Shown here piece by piece: positions 30,689-41,591 of a DNA stretch of 64,000 nt (position 1 is the stretch's first letter; each line of letters starts with the position of its first letter). The stretch is taken from positions 1,554,548-1,618,547 of the forward strand of contig CBDCFB010000001.1 in assembly GCA_965216065.1 (NCBI GenBank), written 5' to 3'. Below the pieces are notes generated by a model, which saw nothing but the letters and a program-made list of their open reading frames with translations, was not told where the DNA came from and searched no databases. The position numbers and the translations under genes were made by a program. This DNA is from Dehalococcoidia bacterium. Lineage in GTDB: Bacteria; Chloroflexota; Dehalococcoidia; Lucifugimonadales; UBA3495.

Positions 30689-32078
30689 TAGTAGTCCATC
30701 AGTGTTGTATTGGTGGGTAGAGGGACTTGAGCTTGATGCGGGCATCCTCGGTGGTGAAGCGCCAGTCCACCCGTATTGCGTCCCGGTTGCGCTGTTGCTG
30801 CCACGCTCCCACCTCCCGCCGCAGAGCGCTTTGGTCGGGAATACGGCGGTTCAGGCATTGCCGGGCCATCACCCCGATTTCGATCTCCGCCATCCCTTCG
30901 GCAAGCTCAGGACAGGATCCAGCCAACTGCCATGCTTGGGAGTGTAATGGACCTCCAACCGTTCGGCGATGCGCCGCGCTTCGGCAGGCTCAAAGGCTTC
31001 ATACAATGAGGCTGGGTGGTGGGTGTTCAAGTTGTCCATCACCAGCACAATACGGTCCTTGTGCGGGTAGTCCTCGTCCACCAGTTGCTTGAGCACCCGG
31101 GCCCAATCGGCTTTCGTGCGCCGGTCCGTCACTTCCACCCGGCGCCACCCTTCCAGCGGAGCGAACAACATGAAGAGGTTGCTTACCCCGTTGCGCTCGT
31201 ATTCATAATCGTAGGAGCCCGCCGCCCCAGGCCGGGCCGGACGCGGCCGGCGCGTCTCTTTCACCTGTTGCTTGCTGGTCTCGTCCAGACAGACCAGAAC
31301 TTCGTTGTCCCCATACTGGCGCTGATAGACTTCCAGCACGTCTTCCATCGCACAGACGAACTCGGCGCTGCCTTGCGGCGGGATGCACCAGCACTCTTTC
31401 AGCCAAGGCTTGAGTTCGTTTTTTTGAGCGTCTGGCGCACCGTTTCAGTGCTGATGCTCTCCACTACCTCGCATTCGACCAGCCGGTCGGCCAATAGTTT
31501 CAGTGTCCAACTCGCCCGGCCCTCCGGCGGTTCTCCGCAGGCCAAGGCAATCAGGTGGGCTTCCCCTTGACCGTCCAACCGCTTCGGACGCCGGTTAACC
31601 TGCCGCTTTCGTCCCAGCGCCGCCTCAATCCCTTCCTCTACGCAGCGCCGGCGCACCCGTTCCACCGTCGCACGGCCAATCTGGAGAACCCGGGCAATGT
31701 CTTCATCCTTCATGGCCCCGTCCACTTGGGCCTCATCACTCAGCAGCAGGACGCGCCCGTGGGTCTGCTTGTAAGCCGCCCCCCGGCCACGGGACACCAA
31801 TGTCTTCAGTTCCTGCCGCTCCTCCGCACTCAGCTTGACCCGGTATCTCTTCATCGCCATCCCCTCCTCACACGTCCCAATCCTCTTCGCCCTATGCTTG
31901 GTACAATACACTCGCTCAGTACTCATTTCAAAGATGAATGACGCTTTCACAATTTGGGCGGTTTTTGGTCGGTTACCGCCTCGCGGAAGGCAAGTCGACA
32001 AAGCTGTCAAGCGCGTGGGAAAGTCGCCATAAGGTGGTGCTCAAGGTCCCTTCCTGGCGAAGCGTCGTTGTAATACTA
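30689..32078 (-). mobile_element. IS630-family element (transposase 31860 to 30699, frameshift at A7 31419-31425), disrupted by a 23-nt insertion
   Basis: HTH ORF ending LKKTNSSLG; DDE motifs CLDE, MDNLNTH, TPKHGSWL..AEIE; ends TAGTAGTCCATC / TAGTATTACAAC at CTAG sites. Confidence 0.88.
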
Positions 32079-32900
32079 GGTTCTGTTGCAACAGCAAGGA
32101 GTCGCCGCCGTTCAGCAGGAACCGGGTGGCATAGGTGTGCCGCATCAGGTGCGGATGCAGTCTGGGAATCCCGGCGGTCTTGGAAAGCCGCTCCGTGAGG
32201 GACCGCAGGGCCTCGGCGCCCATGGGGAGACCGTCGATGCACAGGAAGAAGGTTTCTGCTCGCTGCTCCTGATTTTCAAGACGGTAGTGTTCCAAGTAGT
32301 TGAACAGTGCCTCTTGGCGGTTGGCGCCGAAATCGACGATTCGCTCCTTGTCTCCTTTCCCAGCACCTTGACGTACCGGCTGCCGAAGTGGACATCCTTG
32401 TATTTCAGGGTGACGACCTCAGAGAGCCTGAGGCCGGTGTCCAGCATGAGGCTGAATATGGCGGTGTTTCTTGCCCCCAAGGTCGAGTTGGGGTTGATGC
32501 TGGAGAAAATCTTCTCGACCTCATCGTTGGTCAGGATGTCTATCTCCTTCTCCCTTGGCTTCGGCGGCTTCACCTTCTCGAGCCGGTGGCACTCGGTGTA
32601 ATCTTCCTCGTACAGCCAGTTAAAGAATGACCGCAGCGCCCTGACCCGGTTGTTGACTGTGTGGCTGGAGGCAGGGCTCCGCAGACCAGGTGTGGTCTTG
32701 AGACAAAGGATAAGGAGCCTCACCTCCTCCTTTCCGATATCATCCAGGCAGGCGGAGATGTCCTCTTCTGCCAGCCAGGTCTGGAATAGTCCCAAGGCCT
32801 GCTGGTACCACTCCACCGTCTTCTCTGAGAAGCCCTCTGACGCCTCGTAGACCATGAACTTCTCAACTAAACTGCTGAGTTCCAGCTTTCCCCGCTTCAT
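32076..32900 (-). pseudogene. Tyrosine recombinase/integrase, frameshifted (~32358) and truncated by IS630
   Basis: LDTGLRLSE, V.GKG.KER, HLMRHTYAT, LLQQNL then IS630 end where GH..Y is expected. Confidence 0.85.
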
Positions 32901-33044
32901 TTTCCTGCTCCGCCGTCTGGTTCCTGCTCTCATCATGACTACTTGCCTCAATTCGAGTAATGGACTGTCAGGCAAGCAAGATGGTCGTGAACCGGAACTC
33001 GTTCGTGACGGCAGGCAGCGTGTCGGATGTGTCCTTGGGCAACG

Positions 33045-33068
33045 AAAAAGCCGCCCGGTCGGGCGGCT
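33045..33068 (-). terminator. Intrinsic terminator downstream of tRNA-Arg
   Basis: Minus strand AGCCGCCC-GACC-GGGCGGCT-TTTT. Confidence 0.7.
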
Positions 33069-33127
33069 CTCTGCCCTCGGCTTCACCCCTGAAAAGGGGT
33101 GAAGCCAAGCTGAGTCATAGCTAATTG

Positions 33128-33203
33128 TGGCGTCCCAGGCAGGATTCGAACCCGCGACCCGCTGCTTAGAAGGCAGCCGCTCTATCCCCTGAGCTACTGG
33201 GAC
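33128..33203 (-). tRNA. tRNA-Arg (anticodon UCU)
   Basis: Full cloverleaf GTCCCAG-TA-GCTC..GAGC-G-GCTGC-CTTCTAA-GCAGC..GCGGG-TTCGAAT-CCTGC-CTGGGAC-GCCA, 76 nt. Confidence 0.97.
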
Positions 33204-33249
33204 TCCTTTCATGGGCGATGGCCAGGGGACCGTCTCGCCCTCTGCATTT

Positions 33250-33280
33250 ATCTTACAGGAAGAGTATTTTGCCTTGTCAA
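33250..33280 (-). promoter_or_regulatory. Probable tRNA promoter
   Basis: TTGACA-19 nt-TAAGAT on minus strand; spacer is long. Confidence 0.4.
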
Positions 33281-33671
33281 CTTTCGCGGGACGACATTTC
33301 TCTGTCTATCTTCTCCCATTATGCAGATCTGATTGGCTCCTCATAGACTCGGTGGGTTCGTAGACGAGCCATTGGTGCAGTCCCGGTGGAAACTTTGCCA
33401 AGATTCCCGGACGACCTCCGGCAGCCTTCCGTTTAAAGTGAACTTGTCTTGCGCCGGGCCACCATTGAGTCGGGGCAGGGTCTCTCAGGATTCTGCAAAA
33501 ACCGGACTCTCCTGAGCGCATCTCGGCATCTCGATACGACAGAGTGTCGATTCAGGAGTTTTGGATTCTAGGAACTTAGGCTCCAGTTGCTTTTTAATTC
33601 CCTCACCCGTGAGTGAAAGGGGTAGGGTAAGAGCCTTGAATTTCACTGTCGGCTCCCAGTCAGGGCCGCCT

Positions 33672-35533
33672 AGAAATCTGGCCGGAAAGTGGCGTCGGCC
33701 GGCCAGCGGCTATACTCGGGGTCATCAAGCGTAGCGGGGGCTGAGAATGCTGGGAGAGCGTTCAGACCAGAGGGGTCTCTGGGAAGCGGACCGGCTGTAT
33801 CTGGACCACGTGGGGAAAGACACCTTCTACGGTCTGCTGGCTTCCCTGCGGGGCAGGTTGTTCCGGGACTCTGATTTCGCCGAGTTCTACTGCGCCGATA
33901 ATGGCCGGGACAGCGTGCCGCCCAGCCTGCTGGCGACGGCCCTCCTGCTCCAGTCCCACGACAAGGTGAGCGACGCCGAGGCCAAGGCCCGGGCCGACTT
34001 CGACATACGCTGGAAAGTTGCTCTGGGCATTGAGGTGGAGGACAGGCCCTTCGCCAAGAGCACATTGCAGGTGTTCCGAGCCCAGCTGATCCTGCACGAC
34101 AAGGTGCGGGAGGTGTTCGAGTCCAGCCTGCGGCTGGCCGGGGAATCGGGCTACCTGAAGAGGCGCAGCATGAAGGTGGCGCTGGACACGACCAACATCC
34201 TGGGCCGGGGCGCGGTTAGGGACACCTACAACCTGTTGGCCGACGGGACCGTCAAGCTGCTGCGGGCGTTGGCGCAGGTTGAGGGAATCAGCGTCGGGAA
34301 ATGGGCCAAGGCCCAGGGATACGGGCGGTACCTTGCCTCCAGCATCAAGGGCGAGGCGGCCATCGACTGGTCGGACAAGCGGGCGCGCACGGCCCTGCTG
34401 GCCGGGATTGTGAGAGACGCTGACCGGCTGCTGGAATTGTCGCGGCAGGCGCAGGGGGAGTTGCCCGAGGATAGCGCCGAGCGTCAGCAGATAGTGGCGG
34501 CGGCGGAGTTGCTGGGGCAGTTGCTGCTCCAGGACGTGGAGCGAACGGAAGGCGGAGTGAGCCTCAAGGACGGGGTGAGCCGGGACCGGATGATGTCGGT
34601 GCATGACCCGGAGATGCGCCATGGGCACAAGAGCAGCAGCAGACGCTTCGACGGACACAAGGCGGCCATCGTCGTGGATACCGATTCCCAGCTGATCACC
34701 GCCGTTGAGGTACTGCCGGGCAACGCTCCGGACAACTCGGGGTCGCTGGAACTGGTGGAGGCGAGCGAGTCCAACACCGGTGTGCCGGTGGAGGAAGCCA
34801 TGGGCGATGCCGCCTACGGAGACGGCTATACCAGGCAGGCCTTCGCCGATGCAGGCCGCACCCTGATTGCCAGGGTGCCGGGCCGCCCCAACCGGTCTCA
34901 CTTTCCGAAAGAGGACTTCCATATCGACCTGTCCGGCGGGCACCTGCACCTGTCCGGCGGGGAACGTTACCCAGAGAATCCGGCCCTCAGGTACTCGCAC
35001 CACAGCAACAGGCCGGACTCACCAACTGAAGGCCTTCCAGTTCTATGGAGCGGTCTGCGGGGTGTGCCCGCTGCGGACCCAGTGCGTGGCCGCGGCACCG
35101 GGCACAGGACGGACGGTGCAACTGCACCCGCAGGAGGCTTTATTGCAGCAGGCCCGGGCCCTGCAGCAGAGCGAGGCCTTTGGCGAGTACCGCCAGCGCC
35201 GGGTGGTAGTGGAGCACCGTCTGGCGCGGCTGGTCCAACTGGGAATCCGCCAGGCGCGCTACTTCGGGCGCGCCAAGACGACATTCCAGCTGTACCTGGC
35301 GGCCACGGTGGCCAACCTGACCTTGGTCGCCGCCAAACTCGGACGGTCGGGCCGGGCCAGTGGCTGCCCAACAGGCCACAGCATCGTCCTGAATATTCTC
35401 CCCTCTGTTGTCGCCAATGCTACCGCCAGTTTCTCCGCAGTCCGCCTCGGACTGCTGTGGCCCGTGATTCTGCTCACGCCGGCTTTACTGCCCAAATATC
35501 TCTACCCAACGAGAACTTTCCGGCCACATTTCT
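33672..35533 (+). mobile_element. IS1182-family element with frameshifted transposase (from 33747; shift near 34935)
   Basis: 19-bp TIRs AGAAATCTGGCCGGAAAGT / ACTTTCCGGCCACATTTCT; DTT, GDAAYG, CTCPAG, C..CPLR..C, Y..R..VEH motifs split across two frames. Confidence 0.88.
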
Positions 35534-36203
35534 GGGACGAAACGCCGCCCGGCGAAACCGGTCCATAGACGCCTTCCCATATCCTCCGGTAAACGTGGTG
35601 ACTAGCGGAAGGTTTCCTTTGCCGTCTTCCTTCCCGGCTCCCTCTCGGGACCACCTTTCTCGGACGTTGGCCAGAAATTTTGCAGCACGCCGGAATACTA
35701 AGACGTGAGACCGTCGGGGCCGTTTGGCGCGCCCGGCTCGTGGCTCAAAACCGGACCGGAAGAAAGGAATTGTCCTACGCCAGTCGTGCCCAAACCTGCT
35801 CAAGAGCCCACATACTCACAGCGAAAGGCCTCCATCCTGGCCCCATCTTGCCATTTTACCAGCTTACGAGTGGTTGAAAATGGGCGTTTTGGGCGAAGGA
35901 AATTACCCAACTCCTCACCCAGATATCAGATAACTCTATTTGAGGAAGAGAGGGAATATCTTTGGGCCGCACCAGGACGCTATGCCTCGATGGTATCGTC
36001 TCCTCGCTGGTGCCAGCCCACGGAGCATGACACTGGCATGCCGAGAGGGCGGGGTTCCCCAGTGGCTCCGCAGATGTTGCGTCCCGTGAAGGTGAACGTG
36101 CCGCAAGCACCGGCCAAATTTGCGCTGTAGCGGGCCGTCTGGCAGAATGACATCAATTGATTCCGGCTAGAAGACGCCCGTTTGGCGAAAGGAGTGTTGG
36201 CCG

Positions 36204-37154
36204 ATGGCTGACGAGCTGCTGGACCTGCAGTCCATCCCCGACGCACGTTACCTGATCGCTGGCTGGCGTCGCCAGTGGTCCGACGGCGGCGAGATCTCCA
36301 GCGGTCTGCCCCGTTACCTGATCGAAAAACTCCAGGCCCGTCGTGTCGGTTCGATGGGGCCCGAAATCGCCAGGCTTTGCTACCCATTCCAGGTGCCGGG
36401 CACCCATGACACCTATCGCCCGCGCGTGGCATATCGGGATGGCCTGCCCGACACCAACATGCGACGCGACAACAACTTCTTCGACGCTGGCAATGGGTTG
36501 GTTATCTTCCTAGGGGAAGAGCCGTGGTTTCGGCTGGATGTGTACGCCGACGCATTCTTTCAAGCTGTAAAGCAGCTGGGCGTATCGCAGACTGTGGCCG
36601 TCGAAGGCTACAACGGGGCTGCGCCACCCGAGATGGAGCGCAGCGTGAGTTGCATCTACAGCCAGGCCAGCATGAAGCCTGAAATGGACAAGCTGGGGGT
36701 CCGGTATTCAAACTACGGGTCCAATGGCAGGAACGGACCGACGATAGGCATGGCTCTTATCACCGTGGCACACTTCCAGCACCCGGAAGTGGAGATGTTC
36801 CGTCTTGGGGCCATGGCGCCTATGTATCCGTTCCTGACCTCCAACAATGACCCCGTGGGTATCAGCCGGGACCACCGCTCGTTCTACGACATAATGAGGC
36901 GGATCAATTCCAAATTCAAATTGGATTTCGATCTGTCGGAGCTCCTGTCGCTGGGTGAAGCCGAGTCCCAGGAGTTGGGGGACACGCTTGAAAAGATCGG
37001 CGGTACCAACCCAACGGCGAAGGAGCTCATCGATCGCGCCCGAACCGATTTTAATTACACTCCTTTCGAGCCGACTGTGGAGCTCGACCCGGCGCTGGAC
37101 AACATGCTGGAAGACATCCTGCGCAACGCATCCAGCGGAGACGCCGGGACCTAG
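36204..37154 (+). CDS. PAC2 family (proteasome assembly chaperone-like) protein
   Basis: IAGW..WSDGG, RP.V...DG, IFLGEEP, FDLSEL; AAGGAG RBS. Confidence 0.75.
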   Translation: MADELLDLQSIPDARYLIAGWRRQWSDGGEISSGLPRYLIEKLQARRVGSMGPEIARLCYPFQVPGTHDTYRPRVAYRDGLPDTNMRRDNNFFDAGNGLVIFLGEEPWFRLDVYADAFFQAVKQLGVSQTVAVEGYNGAAPPEMERSVSCIYSQASMKPEMDKLGVRYSNYGSNGRNGPTIGMALITVAHFQHPEVEMFRLGAMAPMYPFLTSNNDPVGISRDHRSFYDIMRRINSKFKLDFDLSELLSLGEAESQELGDTLEKIGGTNPTAKELIDRARTDFNYTPFEPTVELDPALDNMLEDILRNASSGDAGT

Positions 37155-37942
37155 ACCAGCCCTTCACTAACCGCTGCAGCCTCGATCAACTCCCACCCCG
37201 TGTCGATGCCCGGCACAAAGCTGCTGCAGGCTTCGCCCTTCAGCACTGCCTCCTCGACTTGGTCGGTGCCAGTCACCGAGAGGAAAGCCTGTTCGATTTC
37301 ATGGGCGAGGGTTGGCTCCAAGCCTTTCTGCGCCGTGAAGCAGCAATGGCTGTACGGAGGACTGGAGTAAAAGATGCGCACGCTTTCGCGAAGCAGGCTG
37401 CCGTCCTCGGCCATCGATTCCATGGTCCGCTGGCTGACCGACCCGGCGTCGAACTCGCCGGAGGCCACACGTTCGACGACATCGCGCTCGTCTGAGCGAG
37501 TCGCCGACTTACGTTCCTCGAAAAAGCTGGCCACGGCAAGATCACTGCCGGGATTGATGCCGGCCTGCTTCAGCAAGTAGTAGGGGACCAGCCCCGCCTG
37601 TTCCGAGGCCCGCCGACCGAATGCGAACCGGCGGTCTTTCAGGTCTTCCACCGTTTCAATGCCGGAACCGGTCCGGGCAATGAAATGAGTGGTGAAACCA
37701 ATATCCACGTCGCGCATGGCAATAACCTGGCAAGGCTCGTCAAGGAGTCTCTTGATCTTGACGTAGCCCAGTGGCCCGTTCCACGCCAGATCAATGTCTC
37801 CTGCAACGAAAGCGTCCACCATGACGTCGTAGTCAGAGTACAGCACCCAGTCCATCTCGATGCCCCGCCGACGGAACAGCGTCTCCAGACCTTGGAACAC
37901 CTCCAAGTGGGCGATTGTAGCCGTGCCGCCTAGCCTGACCAT
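37151..37942 (-). CDS. PhnD/SsuA-type periplasmic-binding-fold protein, no signal peptide
   Basis: GDIDLAWNGPLGYV, DLKDRRFAFG..S..AGL.P; ATG 37942 with GAGGAGG RBS. Confidence 0.8.
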   Translation of the reverse strand: MVRLGGTATIAHLEVFQGLETLFRRRGIEMDWVLYSDYDVMVDAFVAGDIDLAWNGPLGYVKIKRLLDEPCQVIAMRDVDIGFTTHFIARTGSGIETVEDLKDRRFAFGRRASEQAGLVPYYLLKQAGINPGSDLAVASFFEERKSATRSDERDVVERVASGEFDAGSVSQRTMESMAEDGSLLRESVRIFYSSPPYSHCCFTAQKGLEPTLAHEIEQAFLSVTGTDQVEEAVLKGEACSSFVPGIDTGWELIEAAAVSEGLV

Positions 37943-38111
37943 GTCGGGCCTCCTCGAATGACCTGATTGCGACAATAATAGCAGTCATCGGGCATCTTTC
38001 GAGTAATTCTTCCCTCTTGCTAAGGAATTTCAGGAAGGTTCTACTACATCGCCAACGCGATTCCTGATAATATGAGCGTGGGCGGAGCTATTCTCGGGTA
38101 AGGAGGGAACT

Positions 38112-38600
38112 ATGGGCTATAAGCCGAGACAGTTGGGGCACATCAATATCTACGTCCGGAACTCGGAGCGATCCCGCCAGTGGTATGAGGACCTGTTGGG
38201 TCTGCACACCTACGGCGTGAGGTCTGGCCGGGCTGCCTTCATGACGTCCGACCTTGGTAATTCCCACGAGATCGCCTTGGTCGAAGTGGGCGAGGACGCT
38301 CCAGGCCCCCAGAAGGGGCAGGTGGGCCTGAACCACATGGCCTGGTACATGGACTCTCTTGACGATCTGAAGGAACTCTACCACCGCATCAAGGAGAGGG
38401 ACATCGCCATCGAGTCGGTGTCCGACCACGGACACGCCGTTGGCATATACATCCGCGACCCCGACGGCAACGGAATCGAGGTCTCCTACGAGATGCCCGC
38501 CGATGAATGGGGGCATGACGAAGGCCAGTACATGATTGGCGCCACGGCCAAGGGCCGCCTCCCCGGCCCATGGGACGAGGAACCAACCAGAGTTCGCTGA
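38112..38600 (+). CDS. VOC family protein
   Basis: LGHINIYV, GLNHMAW, DHG..GIYIRDPDGNGIE. Confidence 0.9.
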   Translation: MGYKPRQLGHINIYVRNSERSRQWYEDLLGLHTYGVRSGRAAFMTSDLGNSHEIALVEVGEDAPGPQKGQVGLNHMAWYMDSLDDLKELYHRIKERDIAIESVSDHGHAVGIYIRDPDGNGIEVSYEMPADEWGHDEGQYMIGATAKGRLPGPWDEEPTRVR

Positions 38601-38718
38601 CGGACTACAGCGGTGATTACAGACCGGAACGCCCTCCCAAAAATGGGAGGGCGTCGGCATTTTTGCGCCCGGGCAATAGTGTAGGATCCAATTTCTGCCT
38701 CTACAGGGCGGTCAGCTC

Positions 38719-40026
38719 TCACCCGACCACGCTGGCTATCGCCCCATCCAGAATCTCGGCCGCCTCGTCCAACTGCGCTTCGGTAGTGGTGAATGGGGGA
38801 ACGAAGCGAAAGACTGATCCGCCTCGCCGCACGCTCAAAATCAGCCCGCTCTCCAGGCAACGGCGGCCGATCTCCCGACCCTGCGCATAGGCCGGCTCGC
38901 GGGTCTCCCGGTCCGTTACCAGCTCGATGCCTTGCAGCAGTCCCCGTCCCCTGATGTCGCCGATAATCTCGTGGCGCGACTCTAACCGCTCAAGATGTTC
39001 GCGCCAGTATTCACCAATGCGCCGAGACACGTCTGTCAACATCTCCTCCAGGATGATGTCGATGCTGGCGATGGCGGCGTGGCAGGGCAAGGGGTCGTTG
39101 GAATGCGAGTGGCCAACCACAAGTCCTGTCTCTGACGCCTTCTCTTCAATTTCGTCAGTCGTAATGGCAGCGCTTATGGCGATCCCGCCCCCAAAGTGCT
39201 TGGAGATCGTAAAGATGTCAGGTACGACTCCTTCCTGCTCGAAGGCCCACATGGTTCCCAGCTTCGCGAGCCCTGTCTGGGCCTCGTCCACGATGAGCAG
39301 CGCGCCCCGGGCTTCGCAGCGGCGCTTCAGTTCTGCCAGCCAGCCGGGGGGGAGGTCAATCACCCCACCGGCACTGAACAGCGGCTCAGTGATCACCCCG
39401 GCCAGCGGCCCGTCGGCCTGCGCGTCCAGCAACTCGAAGCTGGTGTCGAGGCAGGAGTAGTCGCACGCAGCCCGGTCCTGGCAGAACCGGCACCGGTATC
39501 GGTACGGGGCGATAATCGGGTAATTGCCGGGAGCATAGGGACCGTAGCCTTCGTGCCAGCCTGAAAATGTAACAGCACGGGTGGAGTCGTTCATTCCGTG
39601 GAAGCTGACGGCAGGACTGGCGATTTCATAGCCGCCGGTGTAACGCTTGGCGATGGCCATCGCCGCCTCGTTGGAGTCACTGCCGGAGGTCAGGAACATG
39701 GAGCGATTCATGCCCTCGGGGGAGATTTCCGCCAACCGGGCCGCCAGGATGATTTCCTGGTCGTTGAACATGCTCATGTGGCTGTGGATCAGCGTCTCGC
39801 CGCTCTCGTGCAGGGCCTGTACGATGCGCGGGTGGTTATGGCCCAGAGCGGCGCACATCTGCCCGGAGTTGAAGTCCAGGTACTCCTTTCCGTTGACGTC
39901 CCGCACCACCGAGCCGCGCCCCCACACCATGATTGGGCCGGTAACCACGTTCTTGTCGATGCGGCTGCGAAAGCTGAATTTCCGGGCTAGCTCCAAAAGC
40001 TCGGCTTCGGTCAACTGCTGCGTCAT
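38719..40026 (-). CDS. Class III PLP aminotransferase, 2,2-dialkylglycine decarboxylase-like
   Basis: LDFNSGQMCAALGHNHP, DEAQTG, SKHFGGG, HSNDPLP closely follow the DgdA pattern. Confidence 0.85.
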   Translation of the reverse strand: MTQQLTEAELLELARKFSFRSRIDKNVVTGPIMVWGRGSVVRDVNGKEYLDFNSGQMCAALGHNHPRIVQALHESGETLIHSHMSMFNDQEIILAARLAEISPEGMNRSMFLTSGSDSNEAAMAIAKRYTGGYEIASPAVSFHGMNDSTRAVTFSGWHEGYGPYAPGNYPIIAPYRYRCRFCQDRAACDYSCLDTSFELLDAQADGPLAGVITEPLFSAGGVIDLPPGWLAELKRRCEARGALLIVDEAQTGLAKLGTMWAFEQEGVVPDIFTISKHFGGGIAISAAITTDEIEEKASETGLVVGHSHSNDPLPCHAAIASIDIILEEMLTDVSRRIGEYWREHLERLESRHEIIGDIRGRGLLQGIELVTDRETREPAYAQGREIGRRCLESGLILSVRRGGSVFRFVPPFTTTEAQLDEAAEILDGAIASVVG

Positions 40027-40052
40027 CCCTGTGCCTCCCGTGATTCAGTTAG

Positions 40053-40114
40053 ACGCCGAGGACGCGGAGTTTCTATAAAGACCCGAGTCTCGGCGAACTC
40101 CGCGTCCTCGGCGT
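40053..40114. repeat. Perfect 19-bp inverted repeat between LLM and aminotransferase genes
   Basis: ACGCCGAGGACGCGGAGTT ... AACTCCGCGTCCTCGGCGT. Confidence 0.85.
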
Positions 40115-40118
40115 GGAA

Positions 40119-41294
40119 TCAACTGGCCTGCGCCTTGAACCTGGGCATCACATCCTTTCCAAAAGCATCCAGCTGTTCCAGGATCACGTTCTGGGGAGTG
40201 CCAATGACCGAGCCAACATTGATCTGGTCGAGGCCGGGGTACTGGTCCTGGATGGCCTCCAGCTTTTCGGTAATCAGTTCGGGCGGCCCACAGAGCCAAG
40301 AGCCCGCCCTGACTCCGTCCTCCAGCGTGGGCAGGCCGGCCTCGCGGGCCCGGCGTGGGTCCTCCATCGACCGGATCTGGTTTTCGGACAGGCCGCGGAC
40401 AAAACCAAGGGGAGCGAACATTTTCATGTTCTCTTCGAAGAAGCCGCGGGCCTCCTGAACAGCCTTCTCCTCGGTCTCGGCAATGTGGATGGTGTAGCCA
40501 ATGGCAAGGTCTTCGCCCAGCTCGGTCTCCCTGCCATGGGCAGCCAGCGTATCCCGCCATTGCCGCATCACGCCCTCGGTCGCGCCGCCGGCCGCCGCCC
40601 CACCGCCTATGATGCCCTTGATGCTGTGCTTGGCCATGAAGTCCATTGCTCTCTGGCTGGCGCTTACCATAGGCTGCCAGGTTTCCACAGGAATGGTGCG
40701 CGGCCGCGGTACCAGGGTGAGCTCCTTCAGTGTGTAACCGCGGTAGGGAACTTCCGGCGGGATCTTGTAGAATTTGCCTTCAAACGAGAACGACTCCTCG
40801 TTGAAGGCCTTCATTATGATCTCGACTTGCTCCTCGAACATTTCGCGGTTGGCCTCATTGTCGCTGAGGGTGCTTGGCACACCGAAGGTGTCCACCTCCC
40901 TTGAGTGATACCCGCGTCCGACGCCGAAAATCACCCGCCCGCCGGTGAGTATGTCGGCCGTCGCATAGTCTTCTGCCAACCGGAGTGGATGCCACATCGG
41001 GTTGATGTTGAAGCCGCAGCCAAACTTGATGTTCTTGGTCATGTGGGCCAGGTGAACATAGATCAAAAGTAGGTTGGGAATGCACTCATAGCCTTCCCTC
41101 TGGAAATGGTGTTCTGCAGACCAGAAGGTGTCGTATCCCAAATCCTCCATCTTCAGCACGATAGCTTCGGTCTTGTCGAATACGCCTGCCAACTCTTCAT
41201 CGGGCAGCCATCGATCATTGACCGGAGTCCCGTCAAGACCAATGTTTTCCAGGTCTACGTGCCCAGCGAACAAGCTTCCGAATTTAGTTATCAT
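40119..41294 (-). CDS. LLM flavin-dependent oxidoreductase
   Basis: AEHHFQ.EGYE, WHPLRLAEDYA..DILTGGR..FGVGRGY. Confidence 0.9.
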   Translation of the reverse strand: MITKFGSLFAGHVDLENIGLDGTPVNDRWLPDEELAGVFDKTEAIVLKMEDLGYDTFWSAEHHFQREGYECIPNLLLIYVHLAHMTKNIKFGCGFNINPMWHPLRLAEDYATADILTGGRVIFGVGRGYHSREVDTFGVPSTLSDNEANREMFEEQVEIIMKAFNEESFSFEGKFYKIPPEVPYRGYTLKELTLVPRPRTIPVETWQPMVSASQRAMDFMAKHSIKGIIGGGAAAGGATEGVMRQWRDTLAAHGRETELGEDLAIGYTIHIAETEEKAVQEARGFFEENMKMFAPLGFVRGLSENQIRSMEDPRRAREAGLPTLEDGVRAGSWLCGPPELITEKLEAIQDQYPGLDQINVGSVIGTPQNVILEQLDAFGKDVMPRFKAQAS

Positions 41295-41591
41295 GGTCTA
41301 CCTCCAGTGGGATTAGTTCATATTCTTCGATCGGACCCACCTTGGACATCATCATCTTCCCCGAAGAATCATGCTGGACCATCCCAAAAGGATATCCGGA
41401 TTCAGAGGGTAGAACCCACGTGGCCGGCTGGTGGGGAGTGCGCTGCCGGGGACACGATGCCGCGGGGCCAATTGTACGGACGAAGAAAGCCTTGTCAACC
41501 AGCAATAAACATGTCCCTTCGTCCCAGAGCCTGCGGTCTCCTTACTTTGGTACAATGCAAAGTCAGGGTGGTCCAATTCAGGACTGGAATT

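Noticed and set aside
30979-30993. CTTCGGCAGGCTCA in IS630 as another copy of the short element
   Set aside because: It encodes the native FEPAEA transposase segment with no length change; probably coincidental.
31419-31425. IS630 two-ORF split as novel recoding
   Set aside because: An A-run frameshift at LKK/ELKPW is a well-known IS630 feature.
32145-33212. 355-aa integrase ORF starting at 33212
   Set aside because: The N-terminal extension overlaps the tRNA and its terminator; the plausible start is 32900.
35900-36000. Short segment SPRYQITLFEEEREYL resembling an IS630 HTH start
   Set aside because: Too short and degenerate to support as a feature.
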